From IMG/VR virus record IMGVR_UViG_3300025687_000023: a DNA stretch of 64,000 bases, one strand, 5' to 3'. Shown here piece by piece: positions 39,107 through 49,662 of the stretch. A program made the translations under genes and the position numbers. The stretch comes from an uncultured virus (IMG/VR IMGVR_UViG_3300025687_000023). Taxonomy: Duplodnaviria > Heunggongvirae > Uroviricota > Caudoviricetes. Positions within the stretch are counted from its first letter, which is position 1, and each line of letters starts with the position of its first letter. The notes under the pieces are model-generated. The model was not told the DNA's origin. It did not search any database and saw only the letters and a program-made list of their open reading frames with translations.

Positions 39107-41566
39107 ATGTCGAATGAAAATGATGTAAAAAATGCAAAAGAAGTTACCGAACAGAAAAAAGAACATGTTGAACTTGACAGGACTTTGGACCTCTTAGCAG
39201 AAGATCGCTTAAGAAGACAAGCCAAAGAAGCTAGAAATAGAAAAGACAAGATTGATGATATGAGATTAGAACTTTCCACCATGGAACAGTTCGGCATGAT
39301 GCGTGATGCAGAAATAAGACAGCAAGAAATAATTTTAGAAGAGATGAGAAAAATAGAAGATCTTCAAAAAAGTATTTCCAATATGAAACAAAAAGGCATC
39401 ACAGAAGGACAAGAACTTCTTAAACTTGAAAATCAATTAACAAAGGAAATAACTAAGTTTAATGGAGAATTCGAAGAAGTTAATTTAACTGTTGAAAATC
39501 TCAACGAAAAATTAGACAAACAAGATGATATAGTAGATAAACTAAAAGAAAATGTATCAGAATATGATGATATTCTTGGAGGAATTGCATCAAAGATTGG
39601 ACTTGGAAACTCAAAACTCTTGAAAACTGTTCAAGGTTGGACAAATATCGGAAAGAAAATTGCATCTTCAAAAGAAGAACAAGAGAAGTTTGCTAAAGCA
39701 GCAAAGCAAATGTTCTCTGCTCAAAATATTGCCGCTTCTATTTTGGAGTCTTACGTTGGACTAGCCTTGCAAATTGATGCTGCTGGTGCAAAAATGGCTG
39801 CTGCGACAGGTGCTGGAACTAAGTTTCAAGATGTTTTATCAGATGTTAAGCTTGAAGGTTACGAAATGGGAAGATCCATGGAGAACACTTCTCAAGCTCT
39901 TTTAGCTTTCAATGATAATCTTATCGGAATGAACGATATGTCATTTGAATCAGTAAAACAGCTTGGAGCAATGGGAGCTGACTTTCAAAGACTTGGTGTT
40001 TCAGGTCAAGAGTTTACACAAACCCTAAATATAATGACCAAATCAATGGGTGTGTCTAATAAACAAGCTGCCGAGTTAACTCAAGAACTTGCAATGATCG
40101 GGACTAATATTGGTCTATCTTCACAAAGAATGATAAAAGACTTTTCAGCTGCTTCGTCAGTTCTTGCTGCACAAGGAACAAAGTCAATAAAGATATTCAA
40201 GAATTTAGCTGCTGCTGCAAGAAACTCTGGTGTTGAAATGTCAGAATTACTTGGAATTGCACAGAAATTTGACACATTTGCGGATGCTGCTGAAACAACA
40301 GCAAAACTTAATGCTGTTCTTGGGTCTCAAATGTCAGCAACAAGAATGTTAATGATGGATGAAGACAAAAGAATTGAACAAATTATTAAATCTGTTCAAG
40401 CATCTGGGCAACAGTTCTCTCAAATGGATAGGTTCACTCAAAAAGCTATTGCAAATGCCGCTGGAATATCTGATATGGCTAAAGCAAACCAGATATTCGG
40501 CATGTCTCTTGGAGCTTACAGAAGATCACAAAAAGAAATGAACAAACAAGCTGATATTCAACAAAAGTTTGCTGATGCTGTTAAAGCTACTATACCATTG
40601 CAAGAAAAGTTTGCAAATGCGATTCAATCTATTGTTGCAAACAAGCAATTTATGGGATTTTTAGAATATGCTATTGATTTGATTGAAAAATTTGCTACTG
40701 GTATTGCTTGGATCAATACTTACACTGGTGGGTTGATCCCTATTCTTGTATTGTTCGGTGGTGCTTGGGCATTTTTAAGCGGTACGATTGGTCCACTTTT
40801 GGCATTATTTGGACCTTTAACAGCTGGTTTATTTGGAGCAGGAGAGGCTGCTGTTGTAGCTGGGTCTCAAATGCCAGCAGCTGCTGGTGGAATAGCAGCT
40901 GCTATAGAAATAATTGCCGCAGCTGCTTTAACGGGTGCTGCTGGAATTGGTGTGTTGGTTTTAGCTGCTATAGGAATTGGTGCTGCTATTGGTGTTGCGG
41001 CATTTGGTATTTCTTATCTTGTTAAAGCTTTTGGAGGCCTTGGAGAATCTGCATTGCCAGCTGCACTTGGACTATTTGCTTTTGGCTATGCTCTAGCAGC
41101 AATAATTCCTGCATTAGTTGCTGTTCAAACTGTTGGAGGAGGTGCTATTGCTTTGATACTATTATTAGGTCTTGCGATGGGAGGAGTGGCTTATGCTGTT
41201 GATATGGTAGCTTCAAGTTTATCTTCAATGTTCAAAGAGTTGAATTTATTTGCTTCGGCAATGCTTGATGGAGCTTTTGATAATGTTTATCTATTAGCGG
41301 AGGGAATAAAAGATGCTTCTGCTGCTTTAGAAGGCTTGGGAAATCAAAAGAAAATTGAACTAATGACAACATTGAATTCAATGGCGACAATTGCATCAGG
41401 TGGAAAGTATATAGCAGGACAAGCCGCAGGCGCATCTGCAAGTTATTCTTTAAGCAATACGTTTAATCCAAGTTACAGTATTAACAACTCATTTGGAAAC
41501 TTGAAACTAGTTCTTGCAGATGGAACACAACTTGATGCTTACATTCATAATGTAATGCAACAATAA
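39107..41566 (+). CDS. Tape measure protein
   Basis: Long helical Ala-rich protein with hydrophobic Gly/Ala C-terminal part; between tube/chaperone and baseplate genes. Confidence 0.8.
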   Translation: MSNENDVKNAKEVTEQKKEHVELDRTLDLLAEDRLRRQAKEARNRKDKIDDMRLELSTMEQFGMMRDAEIRQQEIILEEMRKIEDLQKSISNMKQKGITEGQELLKLENQLTKEITKFNGEFEEVNLTVENLNEKLDKQDDIVDKLKENVSEYDDILGGIASKIGLGNSKLLKTVQGWTNIGKKIASSKEEQEKFAKAAKQMFSAQNIAASILESYVGLALQIDAAGAKMAAATGAGTKFQDVLSDVKLEGYEMGRSMENTSQALLAFNDNLIGMNDMSFESVKQLGAMGADFQRLGVSGQEFTQTLNIMTKSMGVSNKQAAELTQELAMIGTNIGLSSQRMIKDFSAASSVLAAQGTKSIKIFKNLAAAARNSGVEMSELLGIAQKFDTFADAAETTAKLNAVLGSQMSATRMLMMDEDKRIEQIIKSVQASGQQFSQMDRFTQKAIANAAGISDMAKANQIFGMSLGAYRRSQKEMNKQADIQQKFADAVKATIPLQEKFANAIQSIVANKQFMGFLEYAIDLIEKFATGIAWINTYTGGLIPILVLFGGAWAFLSGTIGPLLALFGPLTAGLFGAGEAAVVAGSQMPAAAGGIAAAIEIIAAAALTGAAGIGVLVLAAIGIGAAIGVAAFGISYLVKAFGGLGESALPAALGLFAFGYALAAIIPALVAVQTVGGGAIALILLLGLAMGGVAYAVDMVASSLSSMFKELNLFASAMLDGAFDNVYLLAEGIKDASAALEGLGNQKKIELMTTLNSMATIASGGKYIAGQAAGASASYSLSNTFNPSYSINNSFGNLKLVLADGTQLDAYIHNVMQQ

Positions 41567-41581
41567 TAAAGGAAAAATAAA

Positions 41582-42172
41582 ATGGGTGGTAGTCTTTTAA
41601 AAACTTTTGGCAATCAAACAGATCAACAGGTTCATGTCTATTCCTTTGCAAGAAATAAAATATGGTCATTTACTGGTGACATTCAATCCTTTAGTGATAG
41701 TTATTCTGCAAATATAAACCAAGAAGCAGTTTATGGAAGAATTGATCAGATAAAAACTTATTCCGGAACAACTCGAGAAATATCATTTAGTATCAAGATA
41801 GAGTCAGAAACACAAACATCTGATTTCTTTACACAAGTAAAACTTATGGCTTCAACTATGTATCCTGTTTATGATACTGGTAATGTACTAATAGATAGAC
41901 CAAACATTCTAAAAGCTCCTCCATTGTATGCAGTTAAATGTAGTCCATTACTTGTTGGAGGCTATGAAGTCCTCTCAGAAAGTGATATGTTGCCAGGGTT
42001 CTTTACTTCTTTTGGAATTGATTATAACACAACAGATGGTGTTGAGGTTGGAGCTGGTGAGAATGTTCCTAGAGAAATTACATTGAATTTTTCATTTTCT
42101 CCTCTGCATGATAGAATGGGTGGCTTCAACAACAATAATGGTCCAATGAGTGATAAAAGTTGGCCTTTCTAG
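41582..42172 (+). CDS. Baseplate/tube-initiator-like protein
   Basis: YGRIDQIKTYSGTTREISFS, APPL, P..I.LNFSF pattern; synteny. Confidence 0.55.
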   Translation: MGGSLLKTFGNQTDQQVHVYSFARNKIWSFTGDIQSFSDSYSANINQEAVYGRIDQIKTYSGTTREISFSIKIESETQTSDFFTQVKLMASTMYPVYDTGNVLIDRPNILKAPPLYAVKCSPLLVGGYEVLSESDMLPGFFTSFGIDYNTTDGVEVGAGENVPREITLNFSFSPLHDRMGGFNNNNGPMSDKSWPF

Positions 42173-42181
42173 GAGATAAGC

Positions 42182-42520
42182 ATGTCAAGATACAATTCAA
42201 GAAATAAAGTTATTAACGACACAGAAGAATACAGAACAGACGAGATATTTGAAGATCGCGGAGTTCAACAGATAACTCAATATCAAACTCCTCAATTTAA
42301 AAGATTGACCGAGGTTGAGTACAATAGAGTTCCATTTCAAAGATATTATTGGAAAAATGGAGATCGCTTTTGGAAGCTTGCAGCAAAGTTTTATGGAGAC
42401 AAAACAAAATGGTGGGTTATTGCCGGATTTAACTTTATTCCAACAGAAGCGGAAGTTGAAGAGGGACAAGAGATAAGAATACCAACTAACCTTTCAATTG
42501 TAATGGGATTATTTACATGA
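42182..42520 (+). CDS. LysM-containing baseplate wedge protein (gp53-like)
   Basis: GDRFWKLAAKFYGD...WWVIA.FN...GQEIRIP. Confidence 0.75.
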   Translation: MSRYNSRNKVINDTEEYRTDEIFEDRGVQQITQYQTPQFKRLTEVEYNRVPFQRYYWKNGDRFWKLAAKFYGDKTKWWVIAGFNFIPTEAEVEEGQEIRIPTNLSIVMGLFT

Positions 42521-45500
42521 GTATTATACAGACGATCAGAGATACCATAGTAAAAGAACTTAAAACCAATGGAAAATGGTTACAAGTTTCAGCTGATGAA
42601 GCAGAAGATGCTTCTAGATACAGAAAAATACTTGATACTGAAGTTACTCCTGAAATTTGGTATGGCGTTGCATCTGGTCAAAATGAAATATCTAATGACG
42701 ACTTTAAAAAATACAAAGATTCAGATGGTGTTCCAATTGAATTTGAATATGATTATTATGATTTTGATGGTGTATTCTTTGAAGGAGCCTCAATAGATTC
42801 AACGGATGTTGATTGGTTATTGGGTCATGGTGACGGTAAAGATAATAGAGTATTTACTACTAAAGTTATTGAGGATTATGGAACAAATAATCCAATTACT
42901 TGGTACATTTGGGGAGTAAGTAGTAATACAAGTGGAGTCGTAACTACACTTGGCATTATGGATATTCTTAAGACAAAATCATATGCTGAGAGCATTAATC
43001 CTGCTGGAATTGAGGGAAATGCTAAAGAATTAGAAATAATAGAAAACTTTTTAAAAGAAATTGGAAAACTAGAAACATCAAGACCAAGCAATGAATTTTT
43101 AAATTATTGGAATGATCCAACAATTTTAAACATTAAAAAGAGTTTTTTAGGTGCTGTAAGAGATTTGGCTAAAATCATAGACGGTGTTCAACCCGGGTTT
43201 TATTCTTTTGATACGTTTGTAAAAAAGATTTCAATTGCAACTTCTTTTATTTTAGAATATGGTGGATTTAGTAGTTTAGCTAATTTAGAAAACGAACTTA
43301 CATTAGATGAATCGGATATGTTGTTAAAAAATTACACAGATGGTAGAAATGAACAAACATTGCTTTCTGAAAGTGTTTTGGGAACTAAATTTTCTCAAGG
43401 ATTTGTTTCATTCAATGGAGCTCGTGTATGGGATGCTAGAAAAGTAGCTCATGCTAATGGAGGACAAGAGATAAGAGCAACATCTAATACTAATTCACCA
43501 AGTCCATGGCCACAAGAAAAAAAATTGATCAAAAAACTTCCTTCTAGTCCAGACCCAAATGATCAGAAGATTATAGGATTTTTAATTGGTTTTGATAATT
43601 ACAAATCAATAATACTTCAAAAAGGACAATATCAAATAAACTCTGATCCGTTGTTAATATTATCTAATAAAGTATCAGGAAATGCAAAAAACGTTCTTAC
43701 ATATGATATTAGCGCTCCTTTATTTCGTGGAGGCTTTGATAGATTTAACTACAATGTTGAAGAAAAAATACTTGAGAAATATTACCAATTTGCAATTAAT
43801 TTAAAAACCAATAAACTTACAAGGGTCACTGATCCGGTTACTAATAAATCATATTTTAATTTAACAAAAGAAATGGATAAACAAGCTTTTGAGTATTCTC
43901 AAAATGAACTGTCTCAAATTATTGTTGAAAATAAAGTAAATATTCTAAAAGGATTATTGTTTGATAACTTAGAAGAATTTTTTGACTCCAATATTGATGA
44001 TGATAATTTACTAAAAGAAATAGCAAAAAATCTTGCCAAACAAACCGGTTCTAACGCAAACCTTGGATACGAAGAAGATGAAATATCCAAAAAAGAAATT
44101 GCCGAAAGACAAAAACTATTAGAACAATGTGCCCTATTGTTAAATCTCAAAGGTCTTGCAACAAAATATGATCAAACCAATCAATCAGAGCTAGCTGTGA
44201 ATAAAAAAATTCATGAATTTGGATATTTTGGCAATAGATTTTTAAGAGTGCAAAGCAGCAACAGCTCAAAAACACTTACTTCTTTATATTCTCAAAAAGC
44301 ATCTGCTAAACCTTTTTTGGAAATCACACCAGTTCTTCAAGGCTTGTTGGTACCAAAGATTAAAATACAAAAGATATTGCATAGACCAGGAGTAATTGAA
44401 ACAATCGATGTCCCATTCACGGGAATAACAACTGAGAGAGAATTTGATGGTGGTGGAAGCTTACAGCCAATCAATTATCAAGAAGCAATAAAAAACAGAA
44501 CTATCTTTCGTGGTGGCGGTGTTGGGATAAAATCAATATCGTTTGACTTTGATGGAGAAACACCAGCTACGGCACAAAAATGGGTTCGCTCAACAATGTC
44601 TTTAAAATTTCAAGACTTTGGTGATCTTGTCGCACAAAGAGATACATTCATGACAGTTAGTACAAACCCATCAACAAAGCAACAAACAAAATTTAGATTT
44701 CTTGATTTAATTGTTAATTCAACATCAGACAATCTTGTTGAAGATGGTGTTGATGCTTTCTTTAGAGAGTTTTACAAACCAGTAGATTACAAGATAAAAA
44801 TTGATGTTGGTTGGAATTATCAAGATACACCGGCAACTAGAAATCTTATCACTTCTCAAGGAGTCGACCCAGATGAATTTTTTGAAGCAATTGATAAACA
44901 AAACAAATCTTTTTTGTTCTCAGCATTAGATCATGATATTAACATTGCAGATGATGGAACGATTGATTTAAATATAAATTATTTTGGATATCCAGATGCT
45001 TTATTAAGCTCTTACAAGTTTAATGCATTGGTAACGCAACAACAAGAAAAAGAACTTAAGGATGAATTAGATAATTTAAGAGATCTTATAAAAGATGGAA
45101 AATGTACAAAATCTCAATTAGCAAAACTTACAGCAGCAATTGAACAAAGAAGACTTGAGATAACTAAACAATCTTCTAGATCGATTCAAGGAAGATTGGT
45201 TAAATATGGCTTATTAAGATCAGTTACAGTAACAGACCAATCACAGCTTAGAACCTTTAAGCAATCAGGAACCTTTACTCATGTTCCAACAATTGAAACT
45301 AGTTTGGATTCAGGATTTTCAGCAAGTGCAGGACAAACAAAAAAATTCTTTTTTCTTGGAGATTTGCTTTATGTCTTGATGGATTGTCTTTACGAACAAA
45401 ATGGAACAAGAGTTCAAGGAACAGAAAATGTTTCCATTATCTTAACAGATTTTGAATTTAATGAACACCTACCCTACAGTAGTGGTACCCCACCTTCTAC

Positions 45501-46497
45501 AAAAACCGTTCAAGTTAATCTTGCGTCAATTCCAATATCTTTAGATTTCTTCAAAGAATGGTTTACAGAAGAAATATTGGCATCAGAAAGATACAATTAT
45601 CCATTAATGGATTTTATATTGATTCTTGCAAATCGTTTGATGGGAGATATTTTAACAGAAGTTTGTTATAACAAAGAACATGATAAAACACTTTTCTTCA
45701 GACAAGCTCAAATGTTTGGAAGTAAAGAACAAAACGATCAGCTAAAATTATTCACAAATAGAGGAAGCAATTTTTCAGCAAAATATGGAATTGTTAATTT
45801 AAATCACCCTTATGTTACTAGTGGAACTATTCCTCTTTCCTACACAGGAACAGGAGGTGCTCATGATATGTACACATTTGTTGCAATTTATCCAGATTCG
45901 AAACCTTTAACACATAAAGGAAAAGGAATCTACTCTGATGATTTAGATCAAGGAATCTATCATTTTCATATTGGTGCAGCCTCAGGGTTAATGAAAAAGG
46001 TTAGTTTTAGCAAAACCAATATCACTTATCTCCGAGAATCCAGAATGATGAGGTATCGAGGTCTTGGTGACTTTGCTCAACTATCAAATGTTTACAATGT
46101 TTCAATGGAGCTTTATGGTAACTTCTTATTCTTTCCGGGAATGCAAATATATGTTGACCCATTTGGAATCGGTGGAGATGAATTTGGAAATCCTTCAAAA
46201 AAACTTATCGATAATGATGTAATGAATTATGCTAAACTAATGGGTATTGGTGGTTATCACCTTATCACAAGTGTTAAGACTACAATAGGGGTTGAAGGGT
46301 TTAAAACCTCAATTGAAGCTAGATTCTTCTTTTCAGGTGATGAAGATGGAAATGATGATACTTTAGATGGATTGATCACTAAGCTACAAGAGCCTAATTC
46401 ACTAGCCAATGCTGGTGTTGGCGATGGAACTGATTCAGCAGCTTGTGGAGAAATTATCTCTGTATTTGAAACCAATACTATCGAGGGCAACAATTAA
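42517..46497 (+). CDS. Large baseplate hub-like structural protein
   Basis: C-terminal YGNFLFFPGMQIY...GGYHLITSVK..I...GFKT hub-like pattern; follows LysM gene. Confidence 0.55.
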   Translation: MSIIQTIRDTIVKELKTNGKWLQVSADEAEDASRYRKILDTEVTPEIWYGVASGQNEISNDDFKKYKDSDGVPIEFEYDYYDFDGVFFEGASIDSTDVDWLLGHGDGKDNRVFTTKVIEDYGTNNPITWYIWGVSSNTSGVVTTLGIMDILKTKSYAESINPAGIEGNAKELEIIENFLKEIGKLETSRPSNEFLNYWNDPTILNIKKSFLGAVRDLAKIIDGVQPGFYSFDTFVKKISIATSFILEYGGFSSLANLENELTLDESDMLLKNYTDGRNEQTLLSESVLGTKFSQGFVSFNGARVWDARKVAHANGGQEIRATSNTNSPSPWPQEKKLIKKLPSSPDPNDQKIIGFLIGFDNYKSIILQKGQYQINSDPLLILSNKVSGNAKNVLTYDISAPLFRGGFDRFNYNVEEKILEKYYQFAINLKTNKLTRVTDPVTNKSYFNLTKEMDKQAFEYSQNELSQIIVENKVNILKGLLFDNLEEFFDSNIDDDNLLKEIAKNLAKQTGSNANLGYEEDEISKKEIAERQKLLEQCALLLNLKGLATKYDQTNQSELAVNKKIHEFGYFGNRFLRVQSSNSSKTLTSLYSQKASAKPFLEITPVLQGLLVPKIKIQKILHRPGVIETIDVPFTGITTEREFDGGGSLQPINYQEAIKNRTIFRGGGVGIKSISFDFDGETPATAQKWVRSTMSLKFQDFGDLVAQRDTFMTVSTNPSTKQQTKFRFLDLIVNSTSDNLVEDGVDAFFREFYKPVDYKIKIDVGWNYQDTPATRNLITSQGVDPDEFFEAIDKQNKSFLFSALDHDINIADDGTIDLNINYFGYPDALLSSYKFNALVTQQQEKELKDELDNLRDLIKDGKCTKSQLAKLTAAIEQRRLEITKQSSRSIQGRLVKYGLLRSVTVTDQSQLRTFKQSGTFTHVPTIETSLDSGFSASAGQTKKFFFLGDLLYVLMDCLYEQNGTRVQGTENVSIILTDFEFNEHLPYSSGTPPSTKTVQVNLASIPISLDFFKEWFTEEILASERYNYPLMDFILILANRLMGDILTEVCYNKEHDKTLFFRQAQMFGSKEQNDQLKLFTNRGSNFSAKYGIVNLNHPYVTSGTIPLSYTGTGGAHDMYTFVAIYPDSKPLTHKGKGIYSDDLDQGIYHFHIGAASGLMKKVSFSKTNITYLRESRMMRYRGLGDFAQLSNVYNVSMELYGNFLFFPGMQIYVDPFGIGGDEFGNPSKKLIDNDVMNYAKLMGIGGYHLITSVKTTIGVEGFKTSIEARFFFSGDEDGNDDTLDGLITKLQEPNSLANAGVGDGTDSAACGEIISVFETNTIEGNN

Positions 46498-47681
46498 TGA
46501 AATACAATGGAAAAAACACAACAAGACCATTGAGGTATTTGTTTCAAGAAAGATCAAAATGGTTTGGACACTTTAGGAACGAAGAAGGAGCATTTGAAAA
46601 AGAAAATGCTTATTTTGAACCTAATCTGTTCGAGAAAGTGTTTTATCAAAGAGTTAATAGCAGATATGAAACTATCATCCCTAACGATGATGTAATAAAA
46701 ACAATATCTGATAACGGTAAACAAATTCAGGGCATCAATTTTGCTGTTGATGCTTTCAAACAATTTAAAGTACAAATGGCTTGGATGGCAAAAGAAAAAT
46801 CTCAAGATCCGTACTTATCTTCGCCTATAGCTTACTACTCATATGTATCTCCTAGTGTTGAATATGAAAACTATGCAAATAACTTATTACAAGATTTTCA
46901 TGAATATATTAAAACAAACAAACTCCATAATAGTATAACACAATTTAAACATTATGTCAAGTCTTTTTTATCATTTTTATCACAAAAAGGTCCAAATTTT
47001 CCTTTAACAATGACAGGATGGCAGAAATCTGTTAATTCAAACATTTTTACATCTGGATTGGCTTTTTCTATTGCTCCTTTAAAGTGTGGAGACGATACAC
47101 AAAAAGAAGAATTTGTTTCTTCTCCATTATTTTCTGATTATGTTAATCTTGCAAATGAATTTGGATTCTTTGTTTTGTCAAATTGTCCATGGATCATGGT
47201 TGCTGGTACAAGATCAGATGGAATAAAAGAGTTTTCATCAAAATACAATCAAAATACTGAACAACAAATATATACAGCTTCTTTTAATAAAACATATATA
47301 AATGATATAAATAATATAAATAATATATTGTATAAATATTATAATATATATATAAATTTATTTCCTTATAATAAAGAATTATATTATAATGGTAATATAA
47401 CAAAACAAAATAATGTTTTAAAATTACAATTAAATAAATCTGATTATTCTGATTTATATTGGTTGAAGATCTATAATCAGATAAGAAATATCGAAGAAAA
47501 CATGATGTTTAATAAAGCAGAGTTCGACGTAATAGAAAAAAAATTAACTTTTTTTGAAAAAAAACTTGACAAAGATCAAGCCTTAAGTTATATTAATGAA
47601 CAATATCGCTTTTTTTATGTTTACAAACCAGGAGGTATCAACGATTTCTTGAGAAAGCGTAATCAACAACCGGAGGACTAA
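46497..47681 (+). CDS. Hypothetical protein
   Basis: 394-aa ORF abutting both neighbours. Confidence 0.7.
   Translation: MKYNGKNTTRPLRYLFQERSKWFGHFRNEEGAFEKENAYFEPNLFEKVFYQRVNSRYETIIPNDDVIKTISDNGKQIQGINFAVDAFKQFKVQMAWMAKEKSQDPYLSSPIAYYSYVSPSVEYENYANNLLQDFHEYIKTNKLHNSITQFKHYVKSFLSFLSQKGPNFPLTMTGWQKSVNSNIFTSGLAFSIAPLKCGDDTQKEEFVSSPLFSDYVNLANEFGFFVLSNCPWIMVAGTRSDGIKEFSSKYNQNTEQQIYTASFNKTYINDINNINNILYKYYNIYINLFPYNKELYYNGNITKQNNVLKLQLNKSDYSDLYWLKIYNQIRNIEENMMFNKAEFDVIEKKLTFFEKKLDKDQALSYINEQYRFFYVYKPGGINDFLRKRNQQPED
47566..47594 (+). promoter_or_regulatory. sigma70 promoter inside upstream CDS, driving the polymerase gene
   Basis: TTGACA-17-TATATT with A-rich UP region. Confidence 0.7.
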
Positions 47682-48856
47682 TGATATTTCAAATCATTGA
47701 TGATAAAAAAGAATGCCGAGGCTATTTTGCTGATGGAAAATTAAGAATAAGAGAACTACCTGAGACTTTAACAGCAACTTGGGATTGGTCAGAATTGATT
47801 GGTGACAGAGACGTTACCTTAGCTAAGATAATCATGCAGGGTCAATCAATAAATGAAGCTTGCCCAGAACATTTGAAAGATAGATTGGAAGCAAGAGAGA
47901 AGAAAATCAAGGCTCACCTCAAATCTTTCATTAAATCTAAGGTAAACTTAAACGATATCTGTTTTTATGACCTCGTTCCAACCAAAGATATTCAGCACTA
48001 CTACAACCTACTTAACGAGATTACCCAATGGACAATCGAAAACAATCCAAAACCAAAAAACTACCGATTAATGCATAATATCAATCAAATGTGTAAAGAA
48101 ATAGCTCAACAACCAATCAGAGTTGACAAGGAAAAATGGAAATGGCATGCCCAACGAGATCAAAAAGCAATGCACCTTTCAAACAGCTTTTGGGATAAAC
48201 CTTTAAGAGTTATTTACAACCCTTGGGGAACCATTACAGGGCGCTTGGGACTTCAAGAAGGGTCTTTCCCTATCCTCAACCTTAAGAACACCATTAAAGA
48301 CATTGTCGTTCCCAAATGGGATGTGTTTGTTGAACTTGATTTCAACGGAGCAGAATTAAGAACGCTTTTATCCCTTTCGGGACATAACCAACCATCGGAG
48401 GACATTCATGATTTCAATCAAACTAGCATTTTTAACAATAATCTTTCTCGAGATGATGCAAAGAAGCAGATTTTTGCATGGCTCTACAATCCGACTTCAA
48501 CAGCAATTGAAACTGATTTCTATGACAAGAGAAAGGTATTGGAGAGACACTATGCGGAGGGAGTTGTATCTACTCCATTTGGAAGAACAATACCTTCAGA
48601 TGATTTCCACTCGCTTAACTACCTTATCCAATCGACCTCCTCAGATAATTTCCTTGATAGAGCATCCGCGATACAAAAATACTGTAAAGGACTCAAAACC
48701 AACGTAGCATTTCTTGTTCACGATTCAATTATCTTGGATGTGCCTCTTTCCGAGAAACAAAGAATAAAAGAAATTGTTGAAATCTTTGAAAACACAAAAC
48801 TTGGAAAGTTCAAAGTAAATGTAAATGTCGGAAGAAATTTAGGAGAATTAAAATGA
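47681..48856 (+). CDS. Short family A DNA polymerase-like protein (polymerase domain only)
   Basis: TITGRL, motif A ELDFNGAELR, motif B RDDAKKQIFAWLY, NYLIQST, motif C VHDS. Confidence 0.8.
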   Translation: MIFQIIDDKKECRGYFADGKLRIRELPETLTATWDWSELIGDRDVTLAKIIMQGQSINEACPEHLKDRLEAREKKIKAHLKSFIKSKVNLNDICFYDLVPTKDIQHYYNLLNEITQWTIENNPKPKNYRLMHNINQMCKEIAQQPIRVDKEKWKWHAQRDQKAMHLSNSFWDKPLRVIYNPWGTITGRLGLQEGSFPILNLKNTIKDIVVPKWDVFVELDFNGAELRTLLSLSGHNQPSEDIHDFNQTSIFNNNLSRDDAKKQIFAWLYNPTSTAIETDFYDKRKVLERHYAEGVVSTPFGRTIPSDDFHSLNYLIQSTSSDNFLDRASAIQKYCKGLKTNVAFLVHDSIILDVPLSEKQRIKEIVEIFENTKLGKFKVNVNVGRNLGELK

Positions 48857-49662
48857 TAACAATTGGACTTGGCAATGCAGGCATAAACATATGCCGTAAG
48901 CTTTCAAATTTAGGCAAATACAAGACGATAGAGTTAGACGAGGGCAAAGGGTTACCAAAGTGTGAAACACACGAAGAATACGAATCTAGCGTCCCTAAAC
49001 TAACAAAAACTCTTAAGCTTGGAAACGACCAAGACATTTGGTTTATCCTCTGCGGAGCTTCAAAGGTCTCTGGAGCAACCTTGGCAATTTTAGAACAAAT
49101 AAAAGATCGCGAGGTCAAAGTAATGTATATTGTTCCTGATCCTTTCTTCTTATCAAAAACGCAAAAATTACAACATAATGTTACATTTGGCGTTCTTCAA
49201 GAATATGCAAGATCAGGATTAATAAATTCTATTTGGTTAATGGACAATAAATTAATTTCTAACATTGTCGGAGAAGGAGCGCTTGGATCTTATTATGATA
49301 ATGCAAATGCTGCCATTGCAAACTTTCTTGCAAATTATAACTGGTTTAAAAATTCAACACCAATTATGGGAAATTTACATGAACCAAAAGACATATCAAG
49401 AATTAGAACCGTGTCAATCGGAGAACTAGAAAAAAATGAAGAAAATTTATATTTTTTACTTGACAACCAAACAGAATCATGTTATTATTATAGTATAAGT
49501 TCTGAAACAAAAGAAAAAGATAAACAACTTCTTCAAAAAATAAGATCTTATTTAGAATCAAAACAACAAACAAGCTTTGGAATTTGGGAAAACGGATCTC
49601 AACATTCGTTTTTCTATTCCATTAAATTTACTCACTACATTCAACAATCGGAGGAAACATGA
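48853..49662 (+). CDS. Divergent tubulin/FtsZ (PhuZ-like) protein
   Basis: IGLGNAGINI N-terminal loop, degenerate signature CGASKVSGA, LMDN, YYDNAN. Confidence 0.6.
   Translation: MITIGLGNAGINICRKLSNLGKYKTIELDEGKGLPKCETHEEYESSVPKLTKTLKLGNDQDIWFILCGASKVSGATLAILEQIKDREVKVMYIVPDPFFLSKTQKLQHNVTFGVLQEYARSGLINSIWLMDNKLISNIVGEGALGSYYDNANAAIANFLANYNWFKNSTPIMGNLHEPKDISRIRTVSIGELEKNEENLYFLLDNQTESCYYYSISSETKEKDKQLLQKIRSYLESKQQTSFGIWENGSQHSFFYSIKFTHYIQQSEET
49460..49488 (+). promoter_or_regulatory. sigma70 promoter inside tubulin-like CDS, upstream of pspA-like gene
   Basis: TTGACA-17-TATTAT with TG. Confidence 0.65.

Noticed and set aside
47296..47340. T4-type late promoter TATAAATA copies
   Set aside because: They lie inside an extremely AT-rich coding tract and are not positioned before late genes
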